Of a DNA stretch of 64,000 nt, positions 41,697-55,341 are shown piece after piece (within the stretch, counting starts at the first letter, position 1; the number at the start of each line of letters is the position of its first letter). Where the stretch lies: positions 34,144,001-34,208,000 of the forward strand of contig CP068257.2 in the NCBI GenBank assembly GCA_009914755.4, in the 5' to 3' direction. The translations under genes and the position numbers were made by a program. The notes below the pieces were generated by a model that saw only the letters and a list, made by a program, of their open reading frames with translations, searched no databases and had not been told where the DNA came from. The stretch is from the human T2T-CHM13v2.0 reference genome, Homo sapiens.

Positions 41697-43375
41697 CACA
41701 TAGGACCTACAAAACAAAACTACAATTTAAATAACAAAAACAAAAATCAAGGTACACAGGCAACAAATAGCATGATGAATGCAATGGTGCCTCACATCTC
41801 AATATCAGCACTGAAAGTAAATGACCTAAATGTTCCACTTTAAAGATACAGAACTGCAGAATGGAAAAGAACTCACCAACCAACTATCTGCTGCCTTCAG
41901 GAGACTCACCTAACACATAAGGACTCACATAAACTTAAAGTAAAGGGGTGGAAAAAGGCATTTCATGCAAATGGACACCAAAAGCGAGCAGGGGTAGGTA
42001 TTCTTATTTCAGACAAAACAAACTTTAAAGCAACAGCAGTTAAAACAGACAAAGAGGGGCACTATATAATGTCAAAAGGCCTGGTCCAACAGGAAAATAT
42101 CACAACCCTAAACATATGTGGACCTAACACTGGAGCTCCCGAATTTATTTAAAAAATTACTAATAGACCTAAGAAATGAGACAGACAGCAACACAATAAT
42201 AGTAGGAGACTTCAATTACTCCACTGAGAGCAACAGACAGGTCATCAAGATAGAAAGTCAACGAAGAAACAATGAATTTAAACTATACCTTGGAACAAAT
42301 AAACTTAACAGATATATACAGAACATTTCATCCAACAACAAAATACACATTCTATTCAACAGCACATGGAACTTTCTCCAAAATAGACCATATGATAGGC
42401 CACAAAATGGCCTTAATAAATTTAAGAAAACTGAAATTACATCAAGCACTCTCTGAGACCACAGTGGAATAAAACTGGAAATCAACTCCAAAATGAACGT
42501 TCAAAACTACGCAAATACATGGAAATTACATAATCTGCTCCTGAATGATCATTGGGTCAAAAATGAAATCAAGATGGAAAAATAAAAATTCTTTGAACTG
42601 AATGACAATAATGACACAACCTATCAAAACCTCTGAGATACAGCAAAGGCAATGCTAAGAGGAAAGTTCATAGCCCTAAACGTCTACATCAAAAAAACTG
42701 AAAGAGCACAAACTGACATTCTAAGGTCACAAGTCAAGGAACTAGAGAAACAAGAACAAACCAAACCCAAACCCAGCAGAAGAAAGGAAATAATTAAGAT
42801 CAGAGCAGAATTAAATGAAATTGAAACCAAAAAAGATAAATAAAACAAAAATGCTGGTTATTTGAAAAGATAAATAAAATTGATAGGCCATTAGGAAGAT
42901 TAACCAAGAAAAGAAGAGAGAAAATCCAAATAACCTCATTAAGAAATGAAACAGGAGATATTACAACTAACACCATGGAAATACAAAAGATCTTTCAAGG
43001 CTACTATGAACACCTTTACGGACATAAACTAGCAAACCTAAAAGAGATGGACAAATTCCTGGAAAAATACAACCCTCCTAGCCTAAATCAGGAAGAATTA
43101 GATACCCCAAACAGACTAATAACAAGCAGTGAGATTGAAATGGTAATTTAAAAATTACCAACAAAGAAAGCCCAGGGCCAGATGTATTCACAGTAGAATT
43201 CTACCAGACATTCAAAGAAGAATTGGTACCAATCCTTTTGACACTATTCCACAAGGTAGAGAAAGAAGGAATCCTCCTAAATTCATTCTATGAAGCTAGC
43301 ATCACCCTCATATCAAAACCAGGAAAGGACATAATCAAAAAAGAAACCTAGAGACCAATATCCCTGATGTATATT

Positions 43376-43739
43376 GTATTAGTCTGTTTTCACACTGCTG
43401 ATAAAGACATACCTGAGACTGGGAAGAAAAAGAGGTTTAATTGGACTTACAGTTCCACATGGCTGGAGAGCCCTCAGAATCATGGTAGGAGGCAAAAGGC
43501 AGTTCTTACCATGGCAGCAGCAAGAGAAAATGAGGAAGAAGCAAAAGCGGAAACCCCTGATAAACCCATCAGATCTCTTGAGACTTATTCACTATCACAA
43601 GAATAGCACAGGAAAGACCAGCCCCCATGATTCAATTACCTCCCCCTGGGTCCCTCCCACAACATGAGAGAATTCTGGGAGATATAATTCAAGTTGAGAT
43701 TTGGGTGGGGACACAGCCAAACCATATCAAACGTAGATG
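43376..43739 (-). mobile_element. THE1/MST-family MaLR solo LTR, minus orientation, inserted into L1 ORF2
   Basis: tgtattagtctgttttcacactgctgataaagacatacctgagactgggaagaaaaagaggtttaattggacttacagttccacatggctggagagccctcagaatcatggtaggaggcaaaaggcag...cccatcagatctcttgagacttattcactatcacaagaatagcacaggaaagaccagcccccatgattcaattacctccccctgggtccctcccacaacatgagagaattctgggagatataattcaagttgagatttgggtggggacacagccaaaccatatca. Flanked by L1 ...RPISLMYI | ...[16 protein letters not shown]. Confidence 0.85.
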
Positions 43740-44417
43740 CTAAAACCCTTACCAAAATACTAGCTAACCGAATCCAACAACCTATCGAAAAGATAATCCA
43801 CAATGATCAAGTGAGTTTTATACCAGGGATGCGGGGATGGTTTAACATATGCAAGTCAATAAATGTGATACACCACATGAACAAAATTAAAAACAAAAAC
43901 CATGTGATCATCTCAATAGATGCAGAAAAAGCATTCGACAAAAGCCAGCATCCCTTTATGATAAAACTCTCAGCAAAATCAGCATACAAGGGACATACCT
44001 CAATGCAATAAAAGCCATCTATGCTAAACCCACAGTCAACATAGTACTGGATGGGGAAAAGTTGAAAGCATTCCCTCCGAGAACTAGAACAAGAGAAGGA
44101 TGCCCACTCTCACCACTCCTCTTCAACATAGTACTGGAAATCCTAGCCAGAGCAATCAGGCAAGAGCATGGAAAAGCATCCCATGCTTTTTAATAGTGAA
44201 GTGTTGATCCTGGATTCGACTTTTGCCATCCAGTACCATATCAACATCATCACTCTCCATATTGAGTTTTACGATGTGTAAAGCAACACTCTCTCTGCAT
44301 CTGCCTATCAGCTGCTATTTTGGGTGAATGTTTGGTCTTAGATTCTTCACCTCAAGGGTCTCACATCTTCAAATGGTCCATTATCGATGGTGCTGATGAT
44401 CCCTGTAAGTCCTCTAG

Positions 44418-44640
44418 ACCAGAGGTCAGCAAACTTTGTAAAAAGCGGGACAGTAAATGTTTTAAGTTTTGTGGCGTCAGAGAGTCTCTGTTTCACTACT
44501 CACTTCTGCTCATTGTAATACAAAAGCAGCCATATAAAAGGCATAAATAAACTGGCATGGCTGTGCTCCAATAAAACTTTATTTCCAAAAGTAGATGGTG
44601 CACTGGATATGGCCCATGGGCCCTAATATATTGACCCCTA
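44418..44640. mobile_element. Ancient MITE-like DNA transposon remnant with short terminal inverted similarity; family not assigned
   Basis: gaccagaggtcagcaaactttgtaaaaagcgggacagtaaatgttttaagttttgtggcgtcagagagtctctgtttcactactcacttctgctcattgtaatacaaaagcagccatataaaaggcataaataaactggcatggctgtgctccaataaaactttatttccaaaagtagatggtgcactggatatggcccatgggccctaatatattgacccct matches a widespread human repeat recalled from memory (ggtcagcaaactt...ccaataaaactttatttacaaaa...ggcccgcgggccgtagtttgccgacccc). Confidence 0.4.
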
Positions 44641-45303
44641 CTCTGTACAGCAGCCTTGTTCTATTTGTTGGGTTTTTTCAATAGAAATTGAAAGGATGAA
44701 ATGATGTCTTCATACTTGCAAGATGACTGATCATTATCAACTTAATGGAAAGGGTACACTTGGAGAGTAGAGAAAGACATAGATGACCTGCAAAGCCAGA
44801 ACCAGAGGTCCCCTCCCAGAGCCACTCTACACGGAAACTCCCATAATGCCATTAACAGGTCCTAAATGCCTGGCAGAGAGGAGATGATCAATAAAGACTG
44901 GTACCATTATTATTATCAGGACTAGATTAATACAGCATATGTTACTGAAGTTGTTGAACTATCAACTAAAGACAAAAATGTTTTTTAATCAATCTCATCT
45001 CATAGTTTATGGAACAGGAATTGCCAGCTTCCTTTTCATGGGAAGAAACTGAGGCCTTGGTGGTTAAAAACAGAACCAGAAATTCCAAGTAAAAGGCAGA
45101 GATGGTAAAACCAGATTTGAAACCCTTGCCAAGCACAGACACATGTAGGCACCACTCATGGCCGTTTTCTTGAGCAAAATGGCCCACAAACTATTATACT
45201 TGCAGATTTAGTCCATTTTGCCCAATAAGAATTAATTCTATTGCAGCAACTTGAGGCTCCAATTATCCCTAAACTTTGAAACTCTGCCAGTTCACTAAGA
45301 AAC

Positions 45304-45635
<332 letters not shown>

Positions 45636-45773
45636 CACTGAGAGGTTTTATACATGGAGGCAGCCAGATGTTGGTGGAAAGGGCATGCCATGAGTTGGAG
45701 AGCCTCAGAGGTTTGGGTTCAAGTCCTTGCTTTGGTTTCTCTGTGTTTTAGTTCACTCACCTAATGAAATATG

Positions 45774-46262
45774 GATCATAATACCTACTGAGTGAGTGTT
45801 ATGGTGAATTCTGTCTCCTCAAAAAATGCGTTGGAGTTCAAACTTGTAGTACCTATTAACATGACGTTATTTGAAGACGGAATCTTTACAGAATTAATCG
45901 AGTAAAGACAAGGTCATTGAGGTGAGCTCTAATCCAATATGACTGGTGTCCTTATAAAAATAAGGGGAAAATTTGGGCCCCAAAACAAATATGCATACAG
46001 AAAACACAAAGTGAAGATGGAGGCAGAGATTGGAATTCTGCTGCCACAAACCAAGGACTGTCTGGAACTACCAGAAAAGCTGGAAGAGGCAAGGAAAGAT
46101 TTTTCCCCTACAGGCTTCAGAGAGAACAGGACCCTCCCAACACTTTGCCTTTTTACTTCCTCTGGATTTTTTACTAGCCTCCAGAACTGTCAAACAATAC
46201 ACTCTGTTGTTCTAAGCCATTTAGTTTGTGGTACTTTGTTACCATAGCCCTAGCCAAGTAAC
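45774..46262 (+). mobile_element. MLT1-type MaLR solo LTR, plus orientation
   Basis: gtgttatggtgaattctgtctcctcaaaaaatgcgttggagttcaaacttgtagtacctattaacatgacgttatttgaagacggaatctttacagaattaatcgagtaaagacaaggtcattgaggtgagctctaatccaatatgactggtgtccttataaaaataaggggaaaatttggg...gaagatggaggcagagattggaattctgctgccacaaaccaaggactgtctggaactaccagaaaagctggaagaggcaagg...gcctccagaactgtcaaacaatacactctgttgttctaagccatttagtttgtggtactttgttaccatagccctagc closely follows the MLT1 consensus as recalled. Confidence 0.7.
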
Positions 46263-46397
46263 CTTGTGAAGACTCAATGAGATAATGGAAACAAGTGCAT
46301 CACTCCATGGCCAAGCCATGATGTATGCTCCAGAATGTTTGTGGAAGACATAAGCGTTCTTTTAAATGTCTAGTTTCCATTTAGCAAACCCCTAGTA

Positions 46398-46812
46398 TGT
46401 GGCTGTTAGTCAGTTTTGCATTACTATAAAGGAATGCCCGAGGCTGGGTAATTTATAAAGCATAGATATTTTATTTTGGCTCATGGTTCTGCAAACGGTA
46501 CAGGAAGCATGGTGCTGGCATTAGCTTCTAATGGGGCCTCAGGAAGCTTCCAATCATAGTGGAAGGCAAAGGGGGAGCAGGTGTGTCACATGGTGAGTGA
46601 GCCAGCAAGAGGGGGAAGGGGGAGGTCCCGCACTCCTTTAAGCCATCAGTTCTCACATGAACTAATGGAGCGAGACTCACTGATTACCACGAGGACACCA
46701 CTAAGTTATTCATGAGAGATCCGCATGCCCCAAACCCCTCCCACCAGGCCCCACATCTAACATTAGGGATCACATGAGATTTAGAGGGGACAGACATGCA
46801 AACTATATCAGT
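46398..46812 (-). mobile_element. MaLR (MST/THE1-like) solo LTR, minus orientation
   Basis: tgttagtcagttttgcattactataaaggaatgcccgaggctgggtaatttataaagcatagatattttattttggctcatggttctgcaaacggtacaggaagcatggtgctggcattagcttctaatggggcctcaggaagcttccaatcatagtggaaggcaaaggg...cctttaagccatcagttctcacatgaactaatggagcgagactcactgattaccacgaggacaccactaagttattcatgagagatccgcatgccccaaacccctcccaccaggccccacatctaacattagggatcacatgagatttagaggggacagacatgcaaactatatca. Confidence 0.8.
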
Positions 46813-47257
46813 GGCATATTAGGATACCTTGTGTATGTTCTCGTCAGTAATTCTTACAATAATGCTATGAAATATGGGGGTTATCAGTCTCACCCACATT
46901 ATAAATGACGAGACTGGAGCCCAAGGAGGTTAAGTGACTTGTGCAAGGTGACACAGCTGGGAAGTGGTCACTGCGTGGCACTGATTCATTTAGGGTAAGT
47001 CACCAAGGTATCCTGAATGCAGCAATGACATTAGAGGAATCAAGTGGTCAGAGTTGTTCAAAAGCATGTTCCACATGAATATGTAACATAAGGGATCCAT
47101 AACATTGGAAAGCCTATTCTAAGCAATTTCAGTGGCATACTTCATACTATAGACCTTTAGAAGTATTATGTAATTTAATTCCACAAAAGGATATGAAATC
47201 CAGAGGATATAGTGGACATAGAGATGTGCTGCCTATCCAGATCCTCCTTCAAAGAAG

Positions 47258-47998
47258 GGCTTGCAATCAAAACCACAATGAGATACCATCTCACATCAGT
47301 CAGGATGGCCATCATTAAAAAGTGAAAAATAACAGATGCAGGGAGGTTGTGGAGAAAAAAGAACACATATACACTGTTTGTGGGAGTATAAATTAGTTCA
47401 ACCATTGTGGAAAGCAGTATGGCGATTCCTTGAAGAGCTAAAAACAGAACTACCATTTGACTCAGCAATCCTATTACTGGGAATATACCCAAAGGAATAT
47501 AAATCATTCTACCATAAACACACATGCATGTGAATGTTCACTGTGGCACCATTCACAGCAGCAAAGACATGGAATCAACCTAAATGCCCATCAATGACAG
47601 ATTGGATAAAGAACATATGGTACATATACACCATGGAATACTGTGCAGGCATAACAAAAGAACTAAATCATGTCTTTTGTAGGAACATGGATGGAGCTGG
47701 AGGCCATTATCCTTAGCAAACTAAACAGGAACAGAAAACCCAATACCCCATGGTCTCACTTATAAGTGGGAGCTAAATGAAGAGAACACATGGACACAAA
47801 GAAGGGAACAACAGACACTGGAGTCTACTTGAAGGTGGAGGGTGGGAGGAGGGAGAGAAGCAGAAAAGATAACTACTGGGTACTAGGTTTAATACCTGGG
47901 TGATGAAATAACCTGTACAATAAACCCCGATGACATGAGTTTACCTATATAACCTTCACATGGACCCTGCACCTAAAATAAAAGTTAAAAAAAAAAAA
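47258..47998 (+). mobile_element. LINE-1 3' end (older L1P/L1M subfamily), 5'-truncated, plus orientation with poly(A)
   Basis: gcaatcaaaaccacaatgagataccatctcacatcagtcaggatggccatcattaaaaagtgaaaaataacagatgcagggaggttgtggagaaaaaagaacacatatacactgtttgtgggagtataaattagttcaaccattgtggaaagcagtatggcgattccttgaagagctaaaaacagaactaccatttgactcagcaatcctattactgggaatatacccaaaggaatataaatcattctaccataaacacacatgcatgtgaatgttcactgtggcaccattcacagcagcaaagacatggaatcaacctaaatgcccatcaatgacagattggataaagaacatatggtacatatacaccatggaatactgtgcaggcataacaaaag...ggtctcacttataagtgggagctaaatgaagagaacacatggacac...cacctaaaataaaagtt a(12). Confidence 0.88.
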
Positions 47999-50582
47999 GA
48001 AGAGCTTGCTGCCCAAGCTGTCAACTCCTTTAGTGTTGCCTGAGCTATAGAAAGACCTCGCCCAATGTCATGGTCTTCTGGTGCAGTCTACACCGAGTGA
48101 CTGAACAAGAGGACCAGCTACTTCAGAATTTCAGTGCTGAAGGGTCATGCTCGCTGTAGAGCTCCCCACTTCTAGGCTGGCAGAGGTGTTGTCAGGCCTG
48201 TATTATGGGTGGGCATCTCCCTCCTTAGCCTACTCTCCCTGCCCTACTTTCTTCATTAGACATTGTTTCCTACTGATATGCTGCACACCAAACTCCATCT
48301 CTATGTCTGCTTCAGAGAACCCAGGTTTTGCATCTTCCTTCAGCTGGCAAGAAACAATATTGGCCCAGATACGAAGCTGATAAAATATCCAGGGAGAGAA
48401 AAGATCCTAAAATCTAGGCCCTTGTAACTTGAGACCAGAAGGACAAAATGCAGTGAGGTGTGAAGGAAGGGCTTAAGTGCCTGTAAAAAAAGCTCCAGCC
48501 CAGTCTCTGGACAGATGTGAGGTCCCATTGACTTAAAATCCAAAGAAAGAATCTCCGTGAAATAACACTAAAATGCAAGAGTTCATCTTCCCTGCAGCGT
48601 TCAGAAATAGTCCCTCTATTATCTGTAGAATCAAATCTGTAAGACCAGATAACTGTATTTTAAAGGAATCCATGATAAGAACATTGGAACTTGATATTTC
48701 AAATTCAATGGATCAATTCCAAAAAACGTACATGTATGGCTATGAAAAGCCTACTAAAATAAATGGCATTTCAGATTCTCAAAGTCATTGAAAAAAAGAT
48801 TTTGAAAGTCTTGTGATATGGGCAAAAACCCCTGGCTGACAAGCAATTGTTTCCTATGTATACATATTCACATGTCCACTTAAGGTCAAGATCAAAAGAA
48901 GCTAAGTAAGAACAGAGGAGAGGAAGGACTAAATTGTTCCTTGAGAATTTTTGAGCTGATTAAAAATTTACAGAGAAAAGAATTCATTCCAAACATTCAC
49001 TTCGGAACTCCCGTTTGAAGGGAGCCTGGTACTTTATTGCTAAACCCTGCCTTTCAAGTGATCTGATTACCCCTTATCAGGGACCATTAGTGTCTCAACC
49101 CATCCGCTGTTCGACCTTAATTTCCTTAAAGAAAAACCTTCTTTGGCATGCAACTCCTCCCCTGGTTCACCCCATGGAGTATCCAAGGAATAAAGACACA
49201 CTGAAACATCCGGCACCAAAAAGTCAAGTCACCTCCTGCCAACTCTAACACACCATTCCACACTCCCGCCACAGAACAATACCATCTTCCTGCCCCAAGC
49301 TTTGCTGAGCAACAGAAAGACAAAATGGCATCCAATGTTGAATACGATGATTACGAAATATGTAGCAGGCCAGAGTTAATGAGACTGTGAGAGCTTTCAG
49401 CCCTGCCTTTTCCATTTATGGGTCAGGAACCAGAAACCCACAGTCACATGGGGCAGTAGAGGTCAAGTCTAGATTTCCGAATTCAAACCAGGCTTAATTC
49501 CACTACAAAGCGTCACCACCCACATCATATTTTTCTCCCACAGCATGACTTAAGGAGAAAACAAACCCTTCAGGCTGATTTGATCTAGGAATGTCATCTC
49601 TCCTTTGTTATTATATGCATGTGGTATTATAGACATTTTAAAGATAATTCGGGAAAACTGAGATCCACCACCAAAGAATAATGGCTAGGGAAGAAGAACC
49701 CATTTTGAATTAAAATCCCGTGCATATTGGTCTCATTTTAAAATGTGGTCTCTCCCTAGTTTCCACTAAGGGGAAAAAAAGATACAGAAAAGAAGATATA
49801 GAAAAAGGGGGAACCCTATAAGAACAGTGAAACTATGACTGGCAGGCAAACTTTTACCAGAATGTGGAAGGAGATGCCACTAATTACAAAGATAAATCCA
49901 ACAGCGCCCCTCTGGAGCTCTGATTTTCGTCCATCACCATGCTCAGAATCGCAGGTCTGTATGCACAGAAAAACAGCTCAGCCATTCCCATAGGGTGTGG
50001 GTGTGGGTTTGTCGATAGTTAAGAGTCCCTTCCGAGCCGGACTTTCTACTTTTATCTCAAAGAGGAAACTAACTAAATGACATAGTGACTGGGAGAGAGG
50101 GGTGACCAAGGAGGGCGTTGCAGGGTTGGTGGGCGGCTCCAAGCTCTTGAGTGAGCAAAGAGCCTCAGGAGGTGGAGAGGTGATGCAGGGGCAGGGGGCA
50201 GGCTTTGTCATGCGTGCCACCAGTTCAGGGTCAGGAAAGCAAATGGCAAAGGGAGAATCAGGGGTCACATGTAAATTAAGTGGTTGAAATTTAAAGGGTT
50301 GCTGGTGAGACCAGGAAGAATGGCAAGAAAACATTTGTCATCGTAAAGTATATCTCTGCTTTATGGCTGGTTAAGGAAAAAGGAAACAGATTTGATTATA
50401 CAGAAGACAAACCTGAAATTTGTAGGAAAAGTTAGGTGCTCGGGATGAATGGGAGGAGATATGGAGGTAAAAATGAAGACCAAGAAAATAACAGATAACC
50501 CAGAATGACTTAAATACTGTGAATTCTTGAGGAGGAAACAAGAGAGGCTGAAAAGAGAGCTTTGATTTAAAAGCATTCATGA

Positions 50583-50885
<303 letters not shown>

Positions 50886-51184
50886 AAATCATTCATGAAA
50901 ACTTTAAAGAGTTAAAAAAATAACCAATATGCAGAGGAAAATTTGTATTTACCATGTTCCAACCTAAACTGATGAGAGAAGCCCCCAGTGAAAGGTGTTC
51001 TAACAACTCTTAAGTCATATGAATGGATTCAAAAGGCATATAAGTATTCAACCAGAGGAAAAAAGAAGCCATCTACAACAGAACAAAAAGGAAACACCTT
51101 CAGTTGTTCCTTCTATAACACTAAAAACTAAGGGAAAATGCAATACAATTTTGGCTAAATTTAAATTTAAGATTATTAAGAGAT

Positions 51185-53300
<2,116 letters not shown>

Positions 53301-54792
53301 CCACCATAATCAGATTCGCACAAGGAATGCTGGGCTCTTTAATATTAGGCATTGTATTAATATAATATGACACATTTGGGCCAATTAGGGAAACAGCATG
53401 ACACTCTTCAGCTAGATAAAAAGAGTTGCTAGAGTCAGCTGTTCACATACTAAATAGATATCAGAGAAAAAATAAGTTTCCAGATATCCAGATAATTCTT
53501 TAAGAAGAAAAGGATCAAAGTGTAAATTATCCAGATGTCTGAGATTAAAACATTCATTAGTTCAAACAGAATGTCCTCTGAGAAAGAGAAATAGAACTCC
53601 AGAAGCCATTTCCTTCTTATTACAAGCAATAGGAATGCCCCATTCCTAAAGAAGGCCGTCCAGAACGCCAACCTTACTGCAATTTGGTGCAGGCCATTGG
53701 CCCTCTGTTAGGCCATGGATTCTCTCTTGCTCTGCTCAGTGTCTAGCCTCAGCTCAAGTCCCACTTCATCCCCTCCAGGAAGCTCCTGCTAACACCCTCT
53801 TCTCTTCCTTCCCTCCTGACCTCTGGGACAAAACTCTCTGGGAACACTCCGTCCTGTTCACTATTTCCTTGTCTGTCTCTCCTGAGACCACAAACTCCTG
53901 CAGGCCCTGGTTTGTGTCATATAATTTCATTATCCAACCCTGCAACACAGAGTAAGTACTCAATTAATATTCTTTGTTTAATTAATCAATATACCAAAAA
54001 TTTTCAAGTACATATCTGTATTAATTTCTGTGCAGCAAAACAATTCTAAATTAATAATGGAGTCATGTTTTCCTCCAACAAATCAGTCCGAAACCCTAAT
54101 GCAGGCATGCACATAGGTACACTCTGAGCAAGTTTTAAGTCATTTCCTGATTCCAGCCCTGGCACTTGAGCTTTTAGAGCTTGCCACATGAATCTAGGGA
54201 ACAAAAGCTAAAAAGCATTCCGCTGTCATTTTTCTTCCTGGTTCTGTTTCATCTGTGTAGACAGTGAGAAAACACAACTAGGCCAATCCAGGTTTCCCAT
54301 TTCAATTACCTGCTGGTAAAGGGTAATCTTCAAATGAAACTTTAAACCAAAGAATTTACCTTACTCAGCTAATGGCCCAAATGTCTCCTTCGGCAAAACC
54401 CAAGAGAATCTCCCTCTCTTTTAAAAGGCAACTTTCTGTTTTTTCACATTGCCTGCACCAAGTTACACTAATCAAGACCACACTAATGTGGCCACGTTCC
54501 ACCCCTTAACCAATTGGCCAAGCTTCATGGGAATAAAAATTGCTCCAAAAACTGAGAATCCTAAGTACTGCAGGTACTAACTGGGGTGGGGAAAGCCTGT
54601 TCTGCTTCATTACTCCCACACTGGAATTATATTATAACATAGATTAAAAAAAACCCTGGAATCCACCAAGAAATTGACTGACGTTAATATTTGAGGAAAT
54701 GGCAAAGGAAAGTTGTTCAATTTTTGTGTGCCTTGTTGCATTCTGGGCTTAGGGTTTGCTGCTCTACTTTCTTATTGGGTCTTGAAATGGAT

Positions 54793-55014
54793 TTTTTTTT
54801 TTTTCAAGAGACAGGATCTAGCACTGTCGCCCAGGCTGGAGAGCAGTGGCACAATCACAGCTCACTGCAGTCTCAAACTCTTGGGCTCCAATGATCCTGC
54901 CACTTCAGCCTCCTGAGTAGCTGGAACTCTAGGGACACCCCACCACACCCGGCTAATTTTTTTTTATTATTATTATCTTTATGGAGATGGGGTCTTAATA
55001 TGTTGCCCAGGCTT
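54793..55014 (-). mobile_element. Alu, minus orientation, truncated (right arm plus part of the left arm)
   Basis: t(12) caagagacaggatctagcactgtcgcccaggctggagagcagtggcacaatcacagctcactgcagtctcaaactcttgggctccaatgatcctgccacttcagcctcctgagtagctggaactctagggacaccccaccacacccggctaattttttttt...atggagatggggtcttaatatgttgcccaggct. Confidence 0.8.
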
Positions 55015-55020
55015 CAAGGA

Positions 55021-55341
<321 letters not shown>

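Larger units (their letters stand above)
39286..44168 (+). mobile_element. Older LINE-1 (L1PB/L1MA-age): putative 5'UTR (39286 to about 40700), ORF1 remnant, inter-ORF, ORF2 EN and RT N-terminal half; 3'-truncated within RT, no 3'UTR or poly(A)
   Basis: ORF1p remnant: MIQEVKTEIFKEIDNIKKKQSKLQETLDTLTEMQNALESLSNRIEQVEERNAALEAKV... and ...ENIFGGIIEENFPGLARDLDIQIQEAQRTPGKFVTKRSSPRHIVIKLSKVKIKERILRAVRQKNQVTYKGKPIRLTADFSAEALQSRRDWGPIFSLLKQNNYQSRILYPAKLSIIYEGKIQSF.DKQILGEF (clear homology to the L1 ORF1p RRM/CTD at roughly 60% identity). ORF2: ...IKGWKKAFHANGHQKRAGV..., ...GDFNYSTESNRQVIKIESQR...TEYTFYSTAHGTFSKIDHMIGHK..., ...[52 protein letters not shown]..., ...[69 protein letters not shown]...[59 protein letters not shown]. 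The block ends at about 44168. Confidence 0.75.
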
